DNA of 60,151 nucleotides, taken from an uncultured virus (IMG/VR IMGVR_UViG_3300037634_004692). Taxonomy: Duplodnaviria > Heunggongvirae > Uroviricota > Caudoviricetes. The notes below the pieces were generated by a model. It saw nothing but the letters and a program-made list of their open reading frames with translations, was not told the origin of the DNA and ran no database searches. Location of the stretch: the IMG/VR virus record IMGVR_UViG_3300037634_004692, one strand, 5' to 3'. The position numbers were made by a program, and so were the translations under genes. Below, one piece after another: positions 56,470 to 60,151 of this stretch. Each line of letters begins with the position of its first letter. The stretch's first letter is position 1.

Positions 56470-57130
56470 CCCGTGGGATATTTTAGGATTAAATCCCAAT
56501 GCAACAGAAACTGAAATAAAAGATGCATTTCGACGACTTGCATTAAAATTCCATCCTGACCGAAAACATGGAGATACGAAGAAATTCCAATCCATAAATA
56601 ACGCTTATAATAAACTAAAGAATAAGCAAATGATTCCAATTATTGAAGCACCATCTACCAAAATGGTGAATCTAAAATTATCTATAGAACAACAAATCAA
56701 TGGTGTCGACGATTATGTCGAACTAGAGCCTGATGAATTTATTAAGGTAACCATCCCGCCTGGAGCGATTGCTGGTGACCGGTTTAAAATAAACGATCAG
56801 GGCAAAACTTTTATCATAAACATAACTGAATTAGCAAATAGCACCTTTACAAGACAAGGCGCCAGCATACTTATGGATCTTGAAATCGATATTGTTACTG
56901 CTATGACTGGTGGGAAAATTGAAATAGAAGATCCAAGTTATAATACATTTGCACTTGACATTCCAGCTGGAATAAGTCATAATAGTATTATTACTGTTAA
57001 AGAAGCCGGTTTATTAAACCGCAAAATACAGGAACGTGGGAACCTGTATGTTACTGTAAAAATAAAAATACCTAAACTTGACACAACGTCTAAACTTAAT
57101 AAACTAATATCAAGGTTAAAAAATGAGTGA
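56450..57130 (+). CDS. DnaJ-family co-chaperone (J domain plus C-terminal domain, no Zn finger)
   Basis: ILGL...A...EIK.AFRRLALKFHPDR; GNLYV. Confidence 0.9.
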   Translation: MKQTSRNPWDILGLNPNATETEIKDAFRRLALKFHPDRKHGDTKKFQSINNAYNKLKNKQMIPIIEAPSTKMVNLKLSIEQQINGVDDYVELEPDEFIKVTIPPGAIAGDRFKINDQGKTFIINITELANSTFTRQGASILMDLEIDIVTAMTGGKIEIEDPSYNTFALDIPAGISHNSIITVKEAGLLNRKIQERGNLYVTVKIKIPKLDTTSKLNKLISRLKNE

Positions 57131-59453
57131 AATTGAAAGTATCATCATCAAAAGCGTATCGCTAGCAAAAAGTTTTCATCATGAATATGTAACTATTGAA
57201 CACCTGGCATGCACACTCTTGGACGATGTAAGCATTCGAGCGATGTGTTACGAAATTCATGCTGATTGTATTGGCATTCAAGAAGCATTAAATACATATC
57301 TATTAGAAGATTGTGGAGAACTAGTTGCTAAAGATACATCGGTTGAGGTCCAACCAAATAAGACACAAATGTTAGAACGAGTATTTAATCGAGCACTTAC
57401 ACAGGCCTTGTTCCAGGGTAAAAAAGCAATTAATCAAATTGATTTGTTGTTAAGTATCTTGGCTGAGGCTCAAAGTGCAGCAGCAATGTTTAGTGCAGAG
57501 ATGGGCTTAGACAAAACTATTATCAGTGAATGGTTGCATCATGCAAGAAGTGATGAAGACTATGACGCTACTAGAATTACAGATAAGGAATATGATGAAT
57601 CTGCATATGGGCACGGAAGTACAGAAGATCGAGCCACCCGCTCTAAAAGTGTTGCAGTTAAACAGGCATGGGACGTATTAACACAGTTTACCACCAATAT
57701 GAATTTAGAAAATGATAATTATGACGATGTAATTGGCCGTCGTGATGAACTTCGAGATCTTGTACAAACACTAGCTCGTAAAAAGAAATCAAATGCTATT
57801 CTTGTTGGGCCAAGTGGTGTAGGTAAAACTGCTATTGTTGAAGGACTTGCAAAGCTAGTAGTTGAAGGCAATGTTCCAGAAACTATGCTTAATCAAACTG
57901 TTCTAAGCTTAGACATGGGCAAACTAGTTGCTGGTACCAAATACCGTGGTGATTTTGAAGAGCGCATGAAGCAGCTCGTTGACGCACTTGAGTTAGTTGA
58001 AAATATTGTGTTGTTCATTGATGAAATTCATATGGTTATTGGTGCAGGTAGTACTAGCGGCGGCCAGATGGATGCTGGTAATATGATTAAGCCTGCATTA
58101 ACTAGCGGTAAGTTAAAAGTTATTGGCGCAACGACAGACGAAGAATATCGTAAGATTTTTGAAAAGGAGACTGCATTAGCTCGCCGCTTTACCAAAATTA
58201 GTGTAAATGAGCCTAGTGTAGAAGAAGCCAAGGAAATTTTAAAGAATACAATTATTAGTTATGAAGTATATCACAACGTAACTATTGAAGAAGAAGCAAC
58301 TGACTTGGCTGTTGAATTAAGTAATGAATATATTTTTAATAAAAAGCTTCCAGATAAGGCATTTGATTTAATTGACCGTGCATGTGCATTCAACAAAATT
58401 ATGCCAAGTGAAGAACAAGTTACATTAATTAAAGCCGATGACATTCGTGCAGAAGTTTCTCGATCAACTGGCATTCCGTCAGAACACTTAGGTACTAAAA
58501 CTGAAACACATACAGTTAAAAAGCATAGCGAAGTACAAAATTATTTAGAAAATACAGTATTTGGTCAGAGTACTGCCATTGGTAGAGTAGTAGATAGTAT
58601 CACTGTTAGTTTAGCAGGCCTTAAGGATCCTATTAAACCTATTGCAAGTTATCTCTTTACAGGTCCAACAGGTGTTGGTAAAACAGAACTTGCGAAGCGG
58701 TTAGCTCAATCAATGAGTATGAACTTAATCCGTTATGATATGGGTGAATACCAAGAACGACATACTGTTAGTAAATTAATTGGTAGTCCTCCAGGATATG
58801 TAGGCCATGGCGATGGTAAAGCAGGTGATGGTTTACTTATTAGTCAACTAGAAGATAGTCCTAATTGTGTAATATTACTTGATGAGGTTGAAAAAGCCCA
58901 CCCAGATATTATGACAGTGCTACTTGCATTGCTTGATGAAGGTACTATTACAAGTAGTACTGGTAAAAAAGTATCAGCAAAGAATGCTATTGTTATAATG
59001 ACAAGTAATTTAGGTGCTAGAGAAGCCACTACCAAAACAATTGGATTCAGTGATGAACCATATAATACAAAAGCAGTTGATGAAGCAATTAATAACTTTT
59101 TTGCTCCAGAATTCCGTAACCGCTTAGATGGTATTGTACGCTTTAACAGTTTGCGTCCAGAGAATATGCGTCGAATTGTTAATAAATTCTTGAAGCAGAT
59201 TGAAGGTTATGTAGCAGGCCGCCACATTACAATTAAATGGGCAGACGAACTTATTAACTTCCTTGAGGTAGAAGGGTTTGATGCAGCAATGGGCGCCCGC
59301 CCATTAGCACGGTTGATTAATGAACGTGTCAAGCTTCCATTGGCAAAATACTTAATGGAATATACTGACACTACATCAGTACATATATCATTCGATAAAG
59401 AAGCAGATAAGGTACAGATTAATCAAACGCTGGCGGTGCCTGCGCTAGCGTAA
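57123..59453 (+). CDS. clpA: ATP-dependent Clp protease ATPase subunit ClpA
   Basis: HEYVTIEHL N-domain; two AAA modules (GPSGVGKT/KYRG/DEIH and GPTGVGKT/GYVG/DEVEKAH); IGF loop; no ClpB middle domain. Confidence 0.92.
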   Translation: MSEIESIIIKSVSLAKSFHHEYVTIEHLACTLLDDVSIRAMCYEIHADCIGIQEALNTYLLEDCGELVAKDTSVEVQPNKTQMLERVFNRALTQALFQGKKAINQIDLLLSILAEAQSAAAMFSAEMGLDKTIISEWLHHARSDEDYDATRITDKEYDESAYGHGSTEDRATRSKSVAVKQAWDVLTQFTTNMNLENDNYDDVIGRRDELRDLVQTLARKKKSNAILVGPSGVGKTAIVEGLAKLVVEGNVPETMLNQTVLSLDMGKLVAGTKYRGDFEERMKQLVDALELVENIVLFIDEIHMVIGAGSTSGGQMDAGNMIKPALTSGKLKVIGATTDEEYRKIFEKETALARRFTKISVNEPSVEEAKEILKNTIISYEVYHNVTIEEEATDLAVELSNEYIFNKKLPDKAFDLIDRACAFNKIMPSEEQVTLIKADDIRAEVSRSTGIPSEHLGTKTETHTVKKHSEVQNYLENTVFGQSTAIGRVVDSITVSLAGLKDPIKPIASYLFTGPTGVGKTELAKRLAQSMSMNLIRYDMGEYQERHTVSKLIGSPPGYVGHGDGKAGDGLLISQLEDSPNCVILLDEVEKAHPDIMTVLLALLDEGTITSSTGKKVSAKNAIVIMTSNLGAREATTKTIGFSDEPYNTKAVDEAINNFFAPEFRNRLDGIVRFNSLRPENMRRIVNKFLKQIEGYVAGRHITIKWADELINFLEVEGFDAAMGARPLARLINERVKLPLAKYLMEYTDTTSVHISFDKEADKVQINQTLAVPALA

Positions 59454-60133
59454 TGATAGAAACTTTAACCGCACATCCTAAATGGGAAATGAGTACCAAG
59501 CATTATTATGGAAAGTTTCGATTTCGTATTAAGCTTGGTTATTGGCAACAATCAACAAAGATGCTACGTAGCTTGCCAGACTGGGAATTCCCTAAGGAGT
59601 TATACCGCCGCCGTATAGAATTGCAAAATGATCGCAACTATACGGCGACTTTCTATACTGACAAAGAGTACCTGGTACAATTTTTATTGGATAATTATCC
59701 AAATAAAATATTAGCAATTACTTCGCCAATATCTACTGAGCATGCTACTCTACTATCTAATTTGGATATAAACACAATTTTTAAAAAGAAGTTGTGGTAC
59801 AACAAATATGATCATAAACTAGAATTTTATCCAACAATGGAATTTAAGCGTTCATTGTTCATTAATAATAATCAGGTAATTCAAGAACGATTATGCGCAT
59901 TGCGCAATGAAGTAGCAGAGTTTTTGGCCGAGCATTTTCATAATGATGTTATAACTCGCGAACGCGATATTTTTTATCCTAGTAATACGTTATACAGGCG
60001 CACATCTGATTTTTTTAATGAATTACATTATCGTGTATACACTAATGATCCTGAATCTATAATGATGTTTAAATTACGGTTCCATTCAGTGCTAGCAATG
60101 CACGTGACCTATGCAAAAACCATAACAACCTAA
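59453..60133 (+). CDS. Hypothetical protein
   Basis: TAATG overlap with clpA; resembles 48662..49324. Confidence 0.65.
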   Translation: MIETLTAHPKWEMSTKHYYGKFRFRIKLGYWQQSTKMLRSLPDWEFPKELYRRRIELQNDRNYTATFYTDKEYLVQFLLDNYPNKILAITSPISTEHATLLSNLDINTIFKKKLWYNKYDHKLEFYPTMEFKRSLFINNNQVIQERLCALRNEVAEFLAEHFHNDVITRERDIFYPSNTLYRRTSDFFNELHYRVYTNDPESIMMFKLRFHSVLAMHVTYAKTITT

Positions 60134-60151
60134 CAAACATTAAACTTCGGT

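Noticed and set aside
28071..59453. Bacterial chromosome origin
   Set aside because: Housekeeping-like genes lack bacterial synteny (clpP, clpX, clpS and clpA are dispersed; infC has no rpmI/rplT) and are mixed with phage-type hypotheticals, lysis and fibre genes
1..60151. Stop-codon reassignment as in some large phages
   Set aside because: Conserved genes are full length in the standard code, TAA, TAG and TGA all end genes, and no suppressor tRNA is seen

Overview
AT-rich segment of a large (jumbo-type) dsDNA bacteriophage; the two-piece tmRNA points to an alphaproteobacterial host (inference). Bases 1-25.5 kb (minus strand) hold four tandem fibre/receptor-binding cassettes. Each opens with a MAQ(K/R)KF protein, and the genes follow an apparent anchor > plug/socket > terminal grammar: T4 gp9/gp10-like C-terminal domains plus N-terminal Y-x-x-(I/V)-(R/K)-Y peptides. 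Together they carry about 12 beta-propeller modules, including five in a 3494-aa protein, and two orphan gene 3' ends mark past gene replacement. Bases 25.7-60 kb (mostly plus strand) are a host-takeover region: ClpP, ClpX, ClpA, ClpS, DnaJ, Hsp20, a PrkA/YeaG-YeaH-SpoVR operon, IF1, IF3, bS21, GuaC, PhoH, SpeD, ACP, AcpS, a lipase, an amidase, a holin candidate, spanins and tRNAs. A circularly permuted tmRNA (tag ANNNYAPEMALAA) has a ~200-nt intervening segment containing a 36-bp hairpin and a nested tRNA-Trp. All family calls come from motif recognition by eye, not database searches.
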